Below are positions 55,115-64,000 of a DNA stretch of 64,000 nt, piece after piece. The first letter of the stretch is position 1, and each line of letters starts with the position of its first letter. The position numbers and the translations under genes were made by a program. Where the stretch lies: positions 2,377 to 66,376 of the forward strand of contig WRAG01000005.1 in NCBI GenBank assembly GCA_009780345.1, read 5' to 3'. The stretch is from Oscillospiraceae bacterium (GTDB lineage Bacteria; Bacillota; Clostridia; Monoglobales; WRAG01). The notes under the pieces were generated by a model that was given only the letters and a program-made list of their open reading frames with translations, was not told the DNA's origin and did not search any database.

Positions 55115-57268
55115 TCAACTTACGCTTTCAATTTCATTTGAAATCGCCGCGTTAACTTGAATCACTATGCACATCATGTCGTCCGAACGTTGGCTATTTT
55201 CCAAATTTTTCGCCTGTTTGATTATCTTATCCGCAAGCACTTGCGGCGGCATATCCGAATTAGATTCCAAAATAAATTGCTTCACCCAATTTCCCGCGCC
55301 GCTCAATACGCCGTCGCTTATCATAACAATATAATCTCCAACACGCAGCGCGCGGCGATACGTTTCGATTTCCATATTCGGCAAAACACCGACCGGAAGC
55401 GACGGAACGCAAACCGATTCAACTTTGTTCTTAGCCTTAATATACGCCGCTGCCGCGCCAATCTTGATAAACTCAACCCCGCCGTTTTCACTATCCAAAA
55501 TACAAATATCCGCGGTAGAATACCTATCCTTCGCTTTCAACCCCATAATCGAATTAATCATTTTCACCGCAATCGCTTTGTCGAACCCGTTTTTCAAAAT
55601 ATTGCGCAAAATTTCGATTATAACGCCGCTTTCCTCCGCGGCAAGGTTGCCGTGCCCCATTCCATCGCTTAAAATTACAGCATACTTCCCATTTCCTATC
55701 GGCACAAAGCAATGACTATCGCCGTTTTGTTCGAACAAACTTAATCCCCGCGCCGACGCCGCAACCTCAAACGAAAATTTTTCGTTTACTTCCCGGTCGG
55801 CTCGCACGCGCGGGCGGCACTCGATTTCCTTAATCAAATCGTTCAACATATGCGAGATTCCGCGATACTGCTCGCCTAACAGTTCACGATTCTCCGCCAT
55901 CTTATTTTTCCAAATACAATTCACACGATAAATCTCATAAAGCGCGTTAAGCTCGCCCAGAAATTCGGGAAGTCTTATACACTTTTCACGAAAATGCTGC
56001 GGCGCGTCAGCAACGGCAACGCCTCCGCTCGATTCCATAGCCGCAAGCAGTTTAAAGCAAACGTCGTAAGTCGAGCTAAAATCTCTCGTCCAACAAAGCG
56101 GCGCCTTTTTGCATTTACGGCAAACCCTATCCGCCGCCGTGTCGAACAATTGCGAAATATCTTCTTTATTTTCTATCTTATTCGGATCTTGTCTTTCGAA
56201 TATTTTCCCATACGCGGCGGCAAGCCCATGAAACATCGCCGCCGCCGAGTTTAGCCGCTCGCTTATAAGCGTTGCCGCGCTTTCATCGCTCGCTTTATCG
56301 GAAACATCGGCAATTTCACGCTCCTTTTCAGCGGTGACAAACCAGCCCGCATACTCAAACATCGATCTCGGCAATATCATGATAACTCCCGCCGACGCGG
56401 CAAGTTCAAAAAACGTCAGAAGATTTATTCCTCGAATCACATACGTCGCAAGCAATATATACGACACAGAAAACCCCGCCGCGGCAACAAGTTTCTTTAT
56501 AATCTGCGAATTACTAACCCTCCGACTTACCGACGCTCCATATCCCGCAATAAACGAGCAAACACCAAAAACCGCGATATAAAGAAGCATATCAAAACTT
56601 CCGAATCCGCATATAATTCCTAAAACTATTCCCGCGCCGGCGGTGGTGGTGGCTTTGCTTTGCCCCTCCCGCGGTTCGGTAGCACCCAACGCTAAAATCA
56701 AAATAATAACCACCGCCAAAAAGTTTGACGCCAAAAATATATTCCCAATCTCGATATAACCGAGGCTTATCACCAACACACACGCCATAACGACAATGCG
56801 CAATTTCTTATTGCCAAAATTCCTATCAAATACATAAACGCTTAAAAACACCACCGCCGCCTCAATCACCGCAAACATAAAATCGTTCAACCGCGGTTCT
56901 CCCACCCAAATAAGAAGCGCGCTAGATGAAATAAAAACACTTCCCGCGGCAACCAACCCCGCCGCGCTTACAGACAATTCTTCCTCCTGCACCAAAAAAT
57001 AAAGCATGGCAACGTAAAGCAAAAGCGCCATCGCATACTTTATCATGACATATATATCGCCTATAAGAAGCGTTCCAACCAAAGTGAGTGCAAGCGAAAC
57101 CAACGTTCGCCAACCAAATTTTCGATTCATCGCAAGATGTGCAATCCCAAACGGCGCGAACCCGAACAATGTTACCCGCGCGAACAAAATCCCGGACATA
57201 TAAAACGCAATGCCAAGAATGTTAGGTTTAAGCTTGTCCACTTTTTGCGCAAGTTGTATTTTTGTCAC
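55115..57268 (-). CDS. spoIIE: Stage II sporulation protein E (membrane-bound PP2C phosphatase)
   Basis: About 10 N-terminal TM helices are followed by a central regulatory region and a C-terminal PP2C domain (AVILSDGMGHGNLAAEES..., TADICILD, GDYIVMISDGV). Confidence 0.85.
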   Translation of the reverse strand: MTKIQLAQKVDKLKPNILGIAFYMSGILFARVTLFGFAPFGIAHLAMNRKFGWRTLVSLALTLVGTLLIGDIYVMIKYAMALLLYVAMLYFLVQEEELSVSAAGLVAAGSVFISSSALLIWVGEPRLNDFMFAVIEAAVVFLSVYVFDRNFGNKKLRIVVMACVLVISLGYIEIGNIFLASNFLAVVIILILALGATEPREGQSKATTTAGAGIVLGIICGFGSFDMLLYIAVFGVCSFIAGYGASVSRRVSNSQIIKKLVAAAGFSVSYILLATYVIRGINLLTFFELAASAGVIMILPRSMFEYAGWFVTAEKEREIADVSDKASDESAATLISERLNSAAAMFHGLAAAYGKIFERQDPNKIENKEDISQLFDTAADRVCRKCKKAPLCWTRDFSSTYDVCFKLLAAMESSGGVAVADAPQHFREKCIRLPEFLGELNALYEIYRVNCIWKNKMAENRELLGEQYRGISHMLNDLIKEIECRPRVRADREVNEKFSFEVAASARGLSLFEQNGDSHCFVPIGNGKYAVILSDGMGHGNLAAEESGVIIEILRNILKNGFDKAIAVKMINSIMGLKAKDRYSTADICILDSENGGVEFIKIGAAAAYIKAKNKVESVCVPSLPVGVLPNMEIETYRRALRVGDYIVMISDGVLSGAGNWVKQFILESNSDMPPQVLADKIIKQAKNLENSQRSDDMMCIVIQVNAAISNEIESVS

Positions 57269-57386
57269 AAAATCAACCCCCTACGCAACCAGTATACAAA
57301 AAACCTACCGAATTGTTTGTCGCAATTTGGTAGGTTTTTCCAATTATTTTTTTCGAATTTTAGCTTACTTTGTCGTATATGCCCGG

Positions 57387-58151
57387 CTACGCTCTGTTCG
57401 CCATAATTTTTTGATCTATCTCATTTTTAAGTCCGGCGGCGTCAGGAACGAAACATTTATATTTTCCCTGCGCGGTATGAATAATAATCGCGCCCTGCTC
57501 AACAAATATACCCGTAATTTCGTTTAATCCAATATTAAAATTCATAAGATTCGTTTTGTTCCATCCCATTCCGACGAAAATCAAAAGAGGAACGGAAAGA
57601 TCCGCGTTAACAGCCGTCCCTACAAGTCTGTCGCCATTGATTGACGCCGCGGTTTTCTTAAACCTGTTGGAAAGAATATACGCCCAAACAAACCCCTGAG
57701 CGACATCGAACAATCCCGTGAAAAGGAAGAACCATGACCAAAAACCGAACCGCGTTATGGTGCGTCCAAGCCCCCAAATCCCCGGAATGTGAACTCTGGT
57801 TTGAGTGGCAAACGCAAGCGGCAAAAAGATAATAAGCAACGCTCCCACGTTGATCAACGCCCAAATCCACAATTTCGAAATCTGCGGATTTCCTCCGGTA
57901 AAAGATGACGTCGCTTGGTTAAACGCACCGCTGAAACCACTTTGTTGCCCTTGGTGTTGCGGCGGTTGTTGATATTGCGGTGGCTGTTGCGGCGGCGGTG
58001 GAGCTGCCTGCATTGGCTGTTGCGGTGGTGGCTGTTGCGGCGGCGCGGCAGGAGCCGGCGGCGGTGTTTGCGGCGCAGCTTCTGCTTTCGCTCCGCAGTT
58101 CGCGCAGAATTCGCTACCCGCTAAGTCTTTTCCACAATTTTTGCAAAACAT
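57387..58151 (-). CDS. Zinc-ribbon membrane protein with a Pro/Gln-rich linker
   Basis: MFCKNCGKDLAGSEFCANCG is followed by a PPPQQ-type low-complexity stretch, two TM helices and a C-terminal domain. Confidence 0.55.
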   Translation of the reverse strand: MFCKNCGKDLAGSEFCANCGAKAEAAPQTPPPAPAAPPQQPPPQQPMQAAPPPPQQPPQYQQPPQHQGQQSGFSGAFNQATSSFTGGNPQISKLWIWALINVGALLIIFLPLAFATQTRVHIPGIWGLGRTITRFGFWSWFFLFTGLFDVAQGFVWAYILSNRFKKTAASINGDRLVGTAVNADLSVPLLIFVGMGWNKTNLMNFNIGLNEITGIFVEQGAIIIHTAQGKYKCFVPDAAGLKNEIDQKIMANRA

Positions 58152-58208
58152 AAAAAATCATCCTCTCACATTATTATGCTTTCATTAATGATCGTATTTT
58201 AATATTTT

Positions 58209-58904
58209 CTAATCTAAAACTACCGTATCCGGCTCGCTCGGAGGCGGCGCAGGTGTATCATTCGCCGGCGTAGTGGTTTCGGTTGGAGGCGTAGTCTCAG
58301 CCGGTGGCGTAGTTTGGTTCGGCGTAGTACCGGTGCCGGTGCCTGTTCCCGTACCGGTGCCTGTCGGCGGAGTTGTCCCCGTGCCGGTAGTAGTTCCCCC
58401 GCCCGCAGGCGGATCAGCAGGCGGCGGATCAGGACGAACCGGCGCGTTGGTCGCTCCGGCAGTCGCGGCGGCTGTTGCGCCTGCCGCTTGATTTCGATCA
58501 AGCTGCGCCTCTAAACTCATAATTTGGTCTTGCAAAAGCCGAATTTCCGCGCTCGCGTCAAATCCATCCTGCAACATCAGCCGCAACTCGGCGTTCTCTC
58601 TTAAAATTCCGACTATATCGATGCCAAATTCTTCTTCCAAGTCTGCCATTTGCTCGATAAAGTCTTCATTTTCCATCAAATTTTCATAATCAACCATTAC
58701 CGGCGGCAAATTGCTTCCGCTTTCCAGTCCCAACATATGAAGAGATAAGAAAAACGAGCCGAAAAACATAGCCGCCAATAGTGCGATAAAAGCAAATACA
58801 AACAACGCATTCCGTCCGCCTCGTCCACGTTTCTTCCCCGGTTTTTGTTTCGATATTTTTATGTTAGTGCTTGTGTCAAAAGATAATCTCGCGCCTGATG
58901 GCAT
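58209..58904 (-). CDS. Membrane protein with a coiled-coil segment and a Pro/Thr/Gly-rich tail
   Basis: GGAGGA is the RBS. A basic N-terminus and a TM helix (ALFVFAFIALLAAMFFGSFFLSL) are followed by a coiled coil (..LLQDQIMSLEAQLDRNQ) and TGTGTGTGTGT/PPA repeats. Confidence 0.5.
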   Translation of the reverse strand: MPSGARLSFDTSTNIKISKQKPGKKRGRGGRNALFVFAFIALLAAMFFGSFFLSLHMLGLESGSNLPPVMVDYENLMENEDFIEQMADLEEEFGIDIVGILRENAELRLMLQDGFDASAEIRLLQDQIMSLEAQLDRNQAAGATAAATAGATNAPVRPDPPPADPPAGGGTTTGTGTTPPTGTGTGTGTGTGTTPNQTTPPAETTPPTETTTPANDTPAPPPSEPDTVVLD

Positions 58905-58916
58905 AAAAATTCCTCC

Positions 58917-60071
58917 TTAGAATTCTATCACTTTTTCCCAAGATAAATCCAAATCGTCTCGCCCAAAGTTGCCGTAAACCGACACAGGCTTGTAAATCGG
59001 ACGGCGCAAATCAAGCCGTTCGATAATCGCGTCGGGCCGCATATCAAATTTGGATTTTATAAGCTTTTCAATTTCCGAAACCGCAATTTTCTCAGTCCCG
59101 AAAGTGTCAACTCGAATTGAAACAGGGTGCGCCACACCAATCGCATACGCAACCTGCACCTCGCACATATCCGCAAGACCATTGGCAATCACGCTTTTCG
59201 CAATTTGACGCGCCGCGTAAGCCGCGCTTCGGTCAACTTTTGTCGGATCTTTCCCCGAAAACGCGCCGCCGCCGTGCCGAGCGTAACCGCCGTAAGTATC
59301 AACGATAATTTTCCGTCCCGTAAGTCCCGAATCGCCCGCCGGGCCGCCGATTATAAACTGCCCCGTCGGATTTATATGAATTTTCGTGCTTTCATCTATC
59401 ATTTCCTCGGGAATTATCGGCGCGATAACATGTTTTCGCAAATCCGCCGCAATTTGCTCTTGCGAAATCTGCGGACAATGCTGCGACGAAATAACAATGG
59501 TGTCAATCCCCGCAACCCGTCCCGCGTCGTCATATTTAACCGTCACTTGTGTCTTTCCGTCGGGACGCAAATAGTCCAACTTCCCCGATTTCCGCACATT
59601 CGACAACTCTTTCGCCAATTTTTGCGAAAGATACGCCGGCATAGGCATAAGAACGTCGGTTTCGTTACACGCGAAACCAAACATCATTCCCTGGTCGCCC
59701 GCGCCGGTGTTCAGCCCATCGTTGTCAAGACGAAGCTTCGCCTCGAAAGATTTATCAACACCCATAGCAATGTCGGGCGACTGTTCGTCCAACGACACCA
59801 AAACGGCGCAATTGTCGCCGTCGAATCCATACTTCGCGCGGTCATATCCGATTTCACGAATCGTGTCCCGCGCAATTTTTTGAATATCCACATACGCGGT
59901 GGTGGTAATTTCGCCTATCACAAGCACAAGCCCCGTAGTAACCGCCACTTCGCAGGCAACTCGCGCCATCTTATCATCTTTTAGTATCGCGTCAAGAACA
60001 CCGTCCGATATTTGGTCGCAAACCTTATCGGGATGCCCTTCCGTAACTGCTTCTGAAGTAAATAATCGCAT
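58917..60071 (-). CDS. metK: S-adenosylmethionine synthase
   Basis: [30 protein letters not shown]..., [19 protein letters not shown] and [19 protein letters not shown] are present. Confidence 0.95.
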   Translation of the reverse strand: MRLFTSEAVTEGHPDKVCDQISDGVLDAILKDDKMARVACEVAVTTGLVLVIGEITTTAYVDIQKIARDTIREIGYDRAKYGFDGDNCAVLVSLDEQSPDIAMGVDKSFEAKLRLDNDGLNTGAGDQGMMFGFACNETDVLMPMPAYLSQKLAKELSNVRKSGKLDYLRPDGKTQVTVKYDDAGRVAGIDTIVISSQHCPQISQEQIAADLRKHVIAPIIPEEMIDESTKIHINPTGQFIIGGPAGDSGLTGRKIIVDTYGGYARHGGGAFSGKDPTKVDRSAAYAARQIAKSVIANGLADMCEVQVAYAIGVAHPVSIRVDTFGTEKIAVSEIEKLIKSKFDMRPDAIIERLDLRRPIYKPVSVYGNFGRDDLDLSWEKVIEF

Positions 60072-60108
60072 AAAAACACCTCTTAATATATACAAAAATA
60101 CATATTAA

Positions 60109-60138
60109 ATAATACCACAAAAGAAAATATATTGTCAA
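60109..60138 (-). promoter_or_regulatory. metK promoter
   Basis: On the minus strand, TTGACA, an 18-nt spacer, then TATTAT preceded by TGg. The leader is only ~35 nt. Confidence 0.45.
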
Positions 60139-60209
60139 GCCTTCATTAAATAATTTGTGTTATTTAAAATATTATTGTCCTATTTTGTTGAATTTTCATA
60201 ATAAAAAAA

Positions 60210-60236
60210 CTCGCAAACATTTAAAATGTTTGCGAG
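60210..60236. terminator. Bidirectional-looking terminator hairpin between tRNA-Thr and metK
   Basis: ctcgcaaacatt-taa-aatgtttgcgag, flanked by an A-run and a T-run. Confidence 0.6.
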
Positions 60237-60246
60237 TTTTTCTTCT

Positions 60247-60321
60247 TGGAGCTGCTGAGCGGAGTCGAACCGCCGATCTCCTCCTTACCAAGGAGGTGCT
60301 TTGCCTCTAAGCCACAGCAGC
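60247..60321 (-). tRNA. tRNA-Thr (anticodon GGT), CCA encoded
   Basis: The minus strand folds by eye as acceptor GCTGCTG, TG, D-stem GCTT, D-loop AGAGGCA, AAGC, A, anticodon stem CCTCC, loop TTGGTAA, GGAGG, variable AGATC, T-stem GGCGG, T-loop TTCGACT, CCGCT, CAGCAGC, T, CCA. It is a 75-nt cloverleaf. Confidence 0.85.
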
Positions 60322-60386
60322 ACACGAGCCGCGAACGCGGCGAGTGAACTTTGTTATTTTACCAAAATTTACGGAACTTGTCAACA

Positions 60387-61583
60387 TCAAATTTCTATTC
60401 CGAAATATTTCTTCGCGTTATCAAAGCAAATCCCTCTTACAATCGTTGAAAGCGTCTCCCAATCCCCGGGAAACTTGCCGCCCTCAACCCAGTTTCCGAT
60501 TATATCGCACAATATCCGCCGAAAATAATCGTGCCGCGGATAAGATAAAAAGCTCCGCGAGTCGGTTAACATTCCGATAAATGTATTCAACGCGCCCAAG
60601 TTCGCAAGGGTTTTCATCTGCTCGGTCATTCCGTCGATATGATCGTTAAACCACCACGCGCTTCCGTGCTGAACATTCCGAAAATTCCCGGTTACGCTCG
60701 CCAAAACGGCGTTATGCGCAGGGTTCAGCGAATACAAAATCGTCTTCGGCAAGTTCTCAACGCTCCCAAGCAAGCCGTTGATCTCCGCCGCAATATTCAT
60801 ATCATTCACGCTGTCGTACCCAATATCCCCGCCCAGCCGCGCAAACTCCGCCACATTATTATTCCGAAGCGCGCCGATATGAAGCTGCATTACCCAACCG
60901 CGCCGCCCATACTCCTCCGCCAAAATTCTCAGCGTATTCATCGAATCATCGTCAAACGCGTCAAGCCCATGGTCGGACAGCCTGCAACCACTTCGGTGAA
61001 AAAATTCTATCCGCTCCAACAAATAATCTATATCCACGTTCCGCAAACTCGGACGAAACGTCGGCAAAACCTTAGTGCCAAAACCGTTCCGCAAATTATG
61101 ATATTTCAAATCGCTCTCCGGCGCGTCGGTCGTGCAAATTACCGCCACATTTGACATTTCTATCAACTTTTGCGGCGTATATTTGAATTTCGCACACTGC
61201 TCCCAAATCACCTTGATATTTTCCTTTTTCAAAATCAAATCGCAATCAAAATATCGCCGCAATTCCATATGACACCAATGATACAGCGGATTCCCGATCG
61301 CAAATTCAACGCACTCCACAAATTTTTCGAATTTCTCGAAAAAACTTGCGCCACCGGTGATAAAATATTCGTCCACACCGTTCTGCCGCATAAGCCGCCA
61401 CTTATAATGGTCGTGCTTCAGCCACATTTCCCCGATGTCGGTAAACTCCTTATTTTCATATATCTCCCGCGCGTCCAAATGGCAATGATAATCATAAATC
61501 GGCAAATTTTTCGCAACGTCATCATACAACTTTCTCGCCGTTTCGGTGGATAGCAAAAAATTCTCGCACATAAATTTTTTCAT
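60387..61583 (-). CDS. uxaC: Glucuronate isomerase (shorter than the E. coli-type enzyme)
   Basis: FMCENFLLSTETARKLYDDVAKNLPIYDYHCHLDAREI...WLKHDHYKWRLMRQNGV, GNPLYHWCHMELRRYF, GWVMQLHIGALRNNN and MLTDSRSFLSYPRHDYFRRILC are present. Confidence 0.8.
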   Translation of the reverse strand: MKKFMCENFLLSTETARKLYDDVAKNLPIYDYHCHLDAREIYENKEFTDIGEMWLKHDHYKWRLMRQNGVDEYFITGGASFFEKFEKFVECVEFAIGNPLYHWCHMELRRYFDCDLILKKENIKVIWEQCAKFKYTPQKLIEMSNVAVICTTDAPESDLKYHNLRNGFGTKVLPTFRPSLRNVDIDYLLERIEFFHRSGCRLSDHGLDAFDDDSMNTLRILAEEYGRRGWVMQLHIGALRNNNVAEFARLGGDIGYDSVNDMNIAAEINGLLGSVENLPKTILYSLNPAHNAVLASVTGNFRNVQHGSAWWFNDHIDGMTEQMKTLANLGALNTFIGMLTDSRSFLSYPRHDYFRRILCDIIGNWVEGGKFPGDWETLSTIVRGICFDNAKKYFGIEI

Positions 61584-61675
61584 GATAACACCTCAAACAT
61601 ATATTACCATAAATGTTGACAATAGTCAAAAAAAATTATATAATGAAAGATAAATTATCGAAAGGAACGAAACCC

Positions 61676-61948
61676 ATGAAAAATATTGATATTACTTACT
61701 TCGCAAAGCTGGCGCACATCGCGGTATCCGCCGAGGAATTGCCAAAATTCCAACAAGATATTGAGCAAACGCTTGAAAGCTTCGGCAACCTGCCCGAATT
61801 CGACGATGTGAAAATCGAAATCGACACGACAAACCCAATACGTCTGCGGGACGACAAAGTCGCGCAAACGTTTACGCAAGAAGAAATTCTCGCAAACGCA
61901 CCGAAACAATCGGGCGGGTGTATCGTAATACCTAAAACTGTCGAGTAG
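61676..61948 (+). CDS. gatC: Asp/Glu-tRNA amidotransferase subunit C
   Basis: MKNIDITYFAKLAHIAVSAEELPKFQQDIEQTLESFGNL...LRDDKV. Its TAG stop lies inside the first bases of the downstream repeat element. Confidence 0.75.
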   Translation: MKNIDITYFAKLAHIAVSAEELPKFQQDIEQTLESFGNLPEFDDVKIEIDTTNPIRLRDDKVAQTFTQEEILANAPKQSGGCIVIPKTVE

Positions 61949-62096
61949 GGGCGGCATTCTGCCGCCCGCAAATTATATATCTGTTTCGGCAGGCGGCTTC
62001 TGCCGCCCGCAAATTATATATCTGTTTCGGCAGGCGGCATTCTGCCGCCCGTAAATTATATATCTGTTTCGACGGGCGGCAAAATGCCGCCCCTAC
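61945..62096. repeat. Hairpin-terminated element containing three tandem units of about 41 bp
   Basis: The left end is GTAGGGGCGGCATTCTGCCGCCCGC and the right end is GGGCGGCAAAATGCCGCCCCTAC. The two ends are mutually reverse-complementary. The internal unit GGCGGCATTCTGCCGCCCGCAAATTATATATCTGTTTCGGCA occurs three times. Confidence 0.8.
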
Positions 62097-62112
62097 AAGA
62101 AAGGATGTTTTC

Positions 62113-63117
62113 ATGAAAACTATTTCAATTAAAGACGATATCTGCATAAAAGGCGAGCTTACCACCTGCGGTTCGAAAATGCTCGCCAATTTCAAGCCGC
62201 CGTATAACGCAACCGTAGTGGACAAGCTCGCCGCGGCGTGCTTTAACGTAATCGGCGGAAATACAATGGACGAAAATTCAAGCATTGACGCCGACTTCGC
62301 GCTTTGCTCTGACCATGCCGGATTGGCGCGACGATTTGCGATGGCAAACAGCCTTATCGCCCTCAAACCGACCTACGGCTCGGTTTCACGCTACGGACTG
62401 ATAACGCCCGCGCCGTCCCTCGACCAAATCAGCCCTATCGGCAAAACCGTCCGCGACGTTGCCGAGCTTTACAGCGTGATTTGCGGCATGGACGAACGTG
62501 ATTCGACAACGGTTGAACGCGATTATCCGAATTTTTGCGAAAATTTGGATAAAGGAATAGAGGGAATAATTGTAGGGACGGCATTTTGCCGCCCGCAACA
62601 AAACATATTGGGCGGCAAAATGCCGCCCCTACAGAAAACTATTCCCATCGAGCTACCCTCCATCGAATACGCGTCTACTGTATTTCAAATCATCGCTTAC
62701 GCCGAAACATTTTCCAACCTTGCTCGATACGACGGAATAAAATTCGGCTATCGCAGCGAAAACGCGGCAACGCTCGCCGAACTGTATGAAAATACCCGCG
62801 CCGAGGGCTTTGGATATGACACTAAAAAGCAAATTATCACCGGCGCGATTGCGCTAAGCCGCGACAATCGGCACCTCTACTACGACCGCGCAATCCGCGG
62901 GCGTGCAAAGCTGTGCGCCGAACTGGACAACGCGTTCGCGCAAAGCGACGTTATCATTACACCGCTTGACGATAGTTGGACTGTAATCCCCAACCTTACA
63001 GGCTGTCCGGCAATCGCAGTCGGCGGAATCCAAATCATCGCGCCGAAATTCAGCGAAGAACTTCTGTTCCGCGCGGCTCGGACGATAGAAATTGCAGGAG
63101 GTGACAGCAATGCTTAA
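62113..63117 (+). CDS. gatA: GatA-like amidotransferase subunit A. It is N-terminally truncated and internally deleted, lacks the amidase-signature serines, and remains an intact open frame.
   Basis: Homology is clear (IKDDICIKGELTTCGSKMLANFKPPYNATVVDKL, LKPTYGSVSRYGLITPAPSLDQISPIG, FSNLARYDGIKFGYR, TRAEGFGYDTKK). The GGSSGGS block is absent, and the nucleophile region reads SDHAGLAR instead of SDTGGSIR. The protein is 334 aa against about 485 aa expected. Confidence 0.65.
   Translation: MKTISIKDDICIKGELTTCGSKMLANFKPPYNATVVDKLAAACFNVIGGNTMDENSSIDADFALCSDHAGLARRFAMANSLIALKPTYGSVSRYGLITPAPSLDQISPIGKTVRDVAELYSVICGMDERDSTTVERDYPNFCENLDKGIEGIIVGTAFCRPQQNILGGKMPPLQKTIPIELPSIEYASTVFQIIAYAETFSNLARYDGIKFGYRSENAATLAELYENTRAEGFGYDTKKQIITGAIALSRDNRHLYYDRAIRGRAKLCAELDNAFAQSDVIITPLDDSWTVIPNLTGCPAIAVGGIQIIAPKFSEELLFRAARTIEIAGGDSNA
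62582..62642. repeat. Short copy of the hairpin element inside the gatA reading frame
   Basis: GTAGGGACGGCATTTTGCCGCCCG-N14-GGGCGGCAAAATGCCGCCCCTAC has the same termini as 61945-62096. It is translated as ..GTAFCRPQQNILGGKMPPLQ.. Confidence 0.75.
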
Positions 63118-64000
63118 CCCAAAATACGAAATGGTGATCGGCTTGGAAACCCACGCCGAATTATCCACCGAAAGCAAGATATTCTGCGCCTGCAAAAACG
63201 AATTCGGAAGCGAGGTTAACACCAACTGCTGCCCCGTTTGCATGGGAATGCCCGGAAGTTTGCCGCAACTTAACAAAATGGCTGTCGAATACGCAATTAT
63301 GATGGGGCACGCGCTGAATTGCGAGATAAATTTAGTGTCTAAAATGGACCGAAAAAACTACTTCTACCCCGATTTGCCGAAATCTTACCAAGTTTCGCAA
63401 GTCGAGCAACCAATTTGCGGAAAAGGTCATATCGACCTGTACGTCAACGGCGAAACCAAGCGAATCGGCATAAATCAGCTTCATATCGAAGAAGACACCG
63501 CAAAGCTAATCCACGAAGACGACGCAACGCTCATCGACTTCAACCGCGCAATGGTTCCGCTTATCGAAATCGTGTCCGCGCCAGATTTCCGCTCGCTTGC
63601 GGAAGTTGAGGCATATCTCGACAATATCAAAGCAATCCTTGAATACCTCGACATCTCCGACGCGAAAATGCAGGAGGGCTCCATCCGTTGCGACGTAAAT
63701 GTTTCAATAAACGAAGTCGGCGCAACCGAGTTTGGAACCCGTATCGAAGTCAAGAACGTCAGTACGTTCAGCGGCGCGCTCCGCGCCATAGAATACGAAG
63801 TCGCGCGCCATATCGAAATCTTAGAGCGCGGCGAAGAGGTGCAATCCGAAACCCGCCGCTGGGACGATATGAAAGGCGAAACAATCCCAATGCGCGGAAA
63901 AGAAGCGAACGACTACCTCGTATTCACCGATCCCGATTTCCTTCCGATTGTGCTGGAAAAATCATATGTAGACGAGCTTAAAACCCGAATCCCGACCTTG
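63110..64000 (+). CDS. gatB: Asp/Glu-tRNA amidotransferase subunit B (3' end off window)
   Basis: Not in the track because it has no stop in the window. The ATG at 63110 overlaps the gatA stop. It reads MLNPKYEMVIGLETHAELSTESKIFCAC...CPVCMGMPGSLPQLN...RKNYFYPDLPKSYQVSQ...HIEEDTAKLIH...PLIEIVSAPDFRS...GSIRCDVNVS. Confidence 0.8.
   Translation, partial: MLNPKYEMVIGLETHAELSTESKIFCACKNEFGSEVNTNCCPVCMGMPGSLPQLNKMAVEYAIMMGHALNCEINLVSKMDRKNYFYPDLPKSYQVSQVEQPICGKGHIDLYVNGETKRIGINQLHIEEDTAKLIHEDDATLIDFNRAMVPLIEIVSAPDFRSLAEVEAYLDNIKAILEYLDISDAKMQEGSIRCDVNVSINEVGATEFGTRIEVKNVSTFSGALRAIEYEVARHIEILERGEEVQSETRRWDDMKGETIPMRGKEANDYLVFTDPDFLPIVLEKSYVDELKTRIPTL

Noticed and set aside
58270-58400. GGTGCC/GGTACC hexamer run (TGTGTGTGTGT in the protein) as a slipped-strand phase-variation tract
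   Set aside because: The repeats are imperfect at the nucleotide level, and the unit length is a multiple of three. Slippage would change the length but not the frame. It is ordinary low-complexity linker.
60072-60246. SAM-I (S-box) riboswitch upstream of metK
   Set aside because: A good promoter lies only about 35 nt upstream of the start codon. The remaining sequence is AT-rich, contains the tRNA terminator, and has no four-way-junction-like GC stems.
61945-62096. Possible small CRISPR array (a repeated ~41-bp unit with a GC hairpin)
   Set aside because: The units are directly head-to-tail with no unique spacers. There are only three of them, and no cas genes are present. The same termini form a short inverted-repeat element inside gatA. 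It is better explained as a tandem-unit MITE/REP-like element.

Overview
This 64-kb window looks like a spore-forming Firmicute (Clostridia-like): it carries spoIIE, gpr, spmA/spmB and abrB, uses strong AGGAGG ribosome-binding sites, and encodes SLH-anchored wall proteins. All calls come from reading the sequence and the ORF track and from remembered family motifs. No database search was run.

The window has two parts.

(1) Positions 1-37.9 kb are an accessory cell-surface region that ends next to the tmRNA gene.
- Regulators: a sigma-70/ECF-like factor fused to a membrane domain, and a regulator made of five tandem XRE HTH domains.
- Secreted proteins: a 2183-aa GLUG-repeat giant protein and several large proteins with cohesin-like, SLH, Listeria-Bacteroides-repeat, Big_2 and FN3-like modules. 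Two of them share a dockerin-like C-terminal module.
- Other genes: a bactofilin gene.
- Decay: two decayed mobile-element remnants, including a large serine recombinase pseudogene whose 5' end lies on the opposite strand.
- Candidate switch: a tyrosine recombinase gene bracketed by 24-bp perfect inverted repeats and outward-facing promoters. This may be a recombinase-carrying invertible switch. It sits between the surface operon and a MalT/LuxR-type regulator.

(2) Positions 37.9-64 kb are housekeeping genes: ssrA, smpB, glyQS, gpr, tsaC/sua5, prfA, prfB (with a +1 frameshift), secA, abrB, spmA/B, spoIIE, metK, tRNA-Thr, uxaC and gatCAB.
- The intergenic spacers here are unusually long, 0.3-0.6 kb. 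They are built from a mosaic of hairpin-rich repeat modules that recur in both orientations.
- These modules abut TAG stop codons, split spmA from spmB, and have eroded gatA, which has lost its amidase serines but remains an open frame.

No CRISPR array, rRNA, intact prophage or recognisable defence system was seen.
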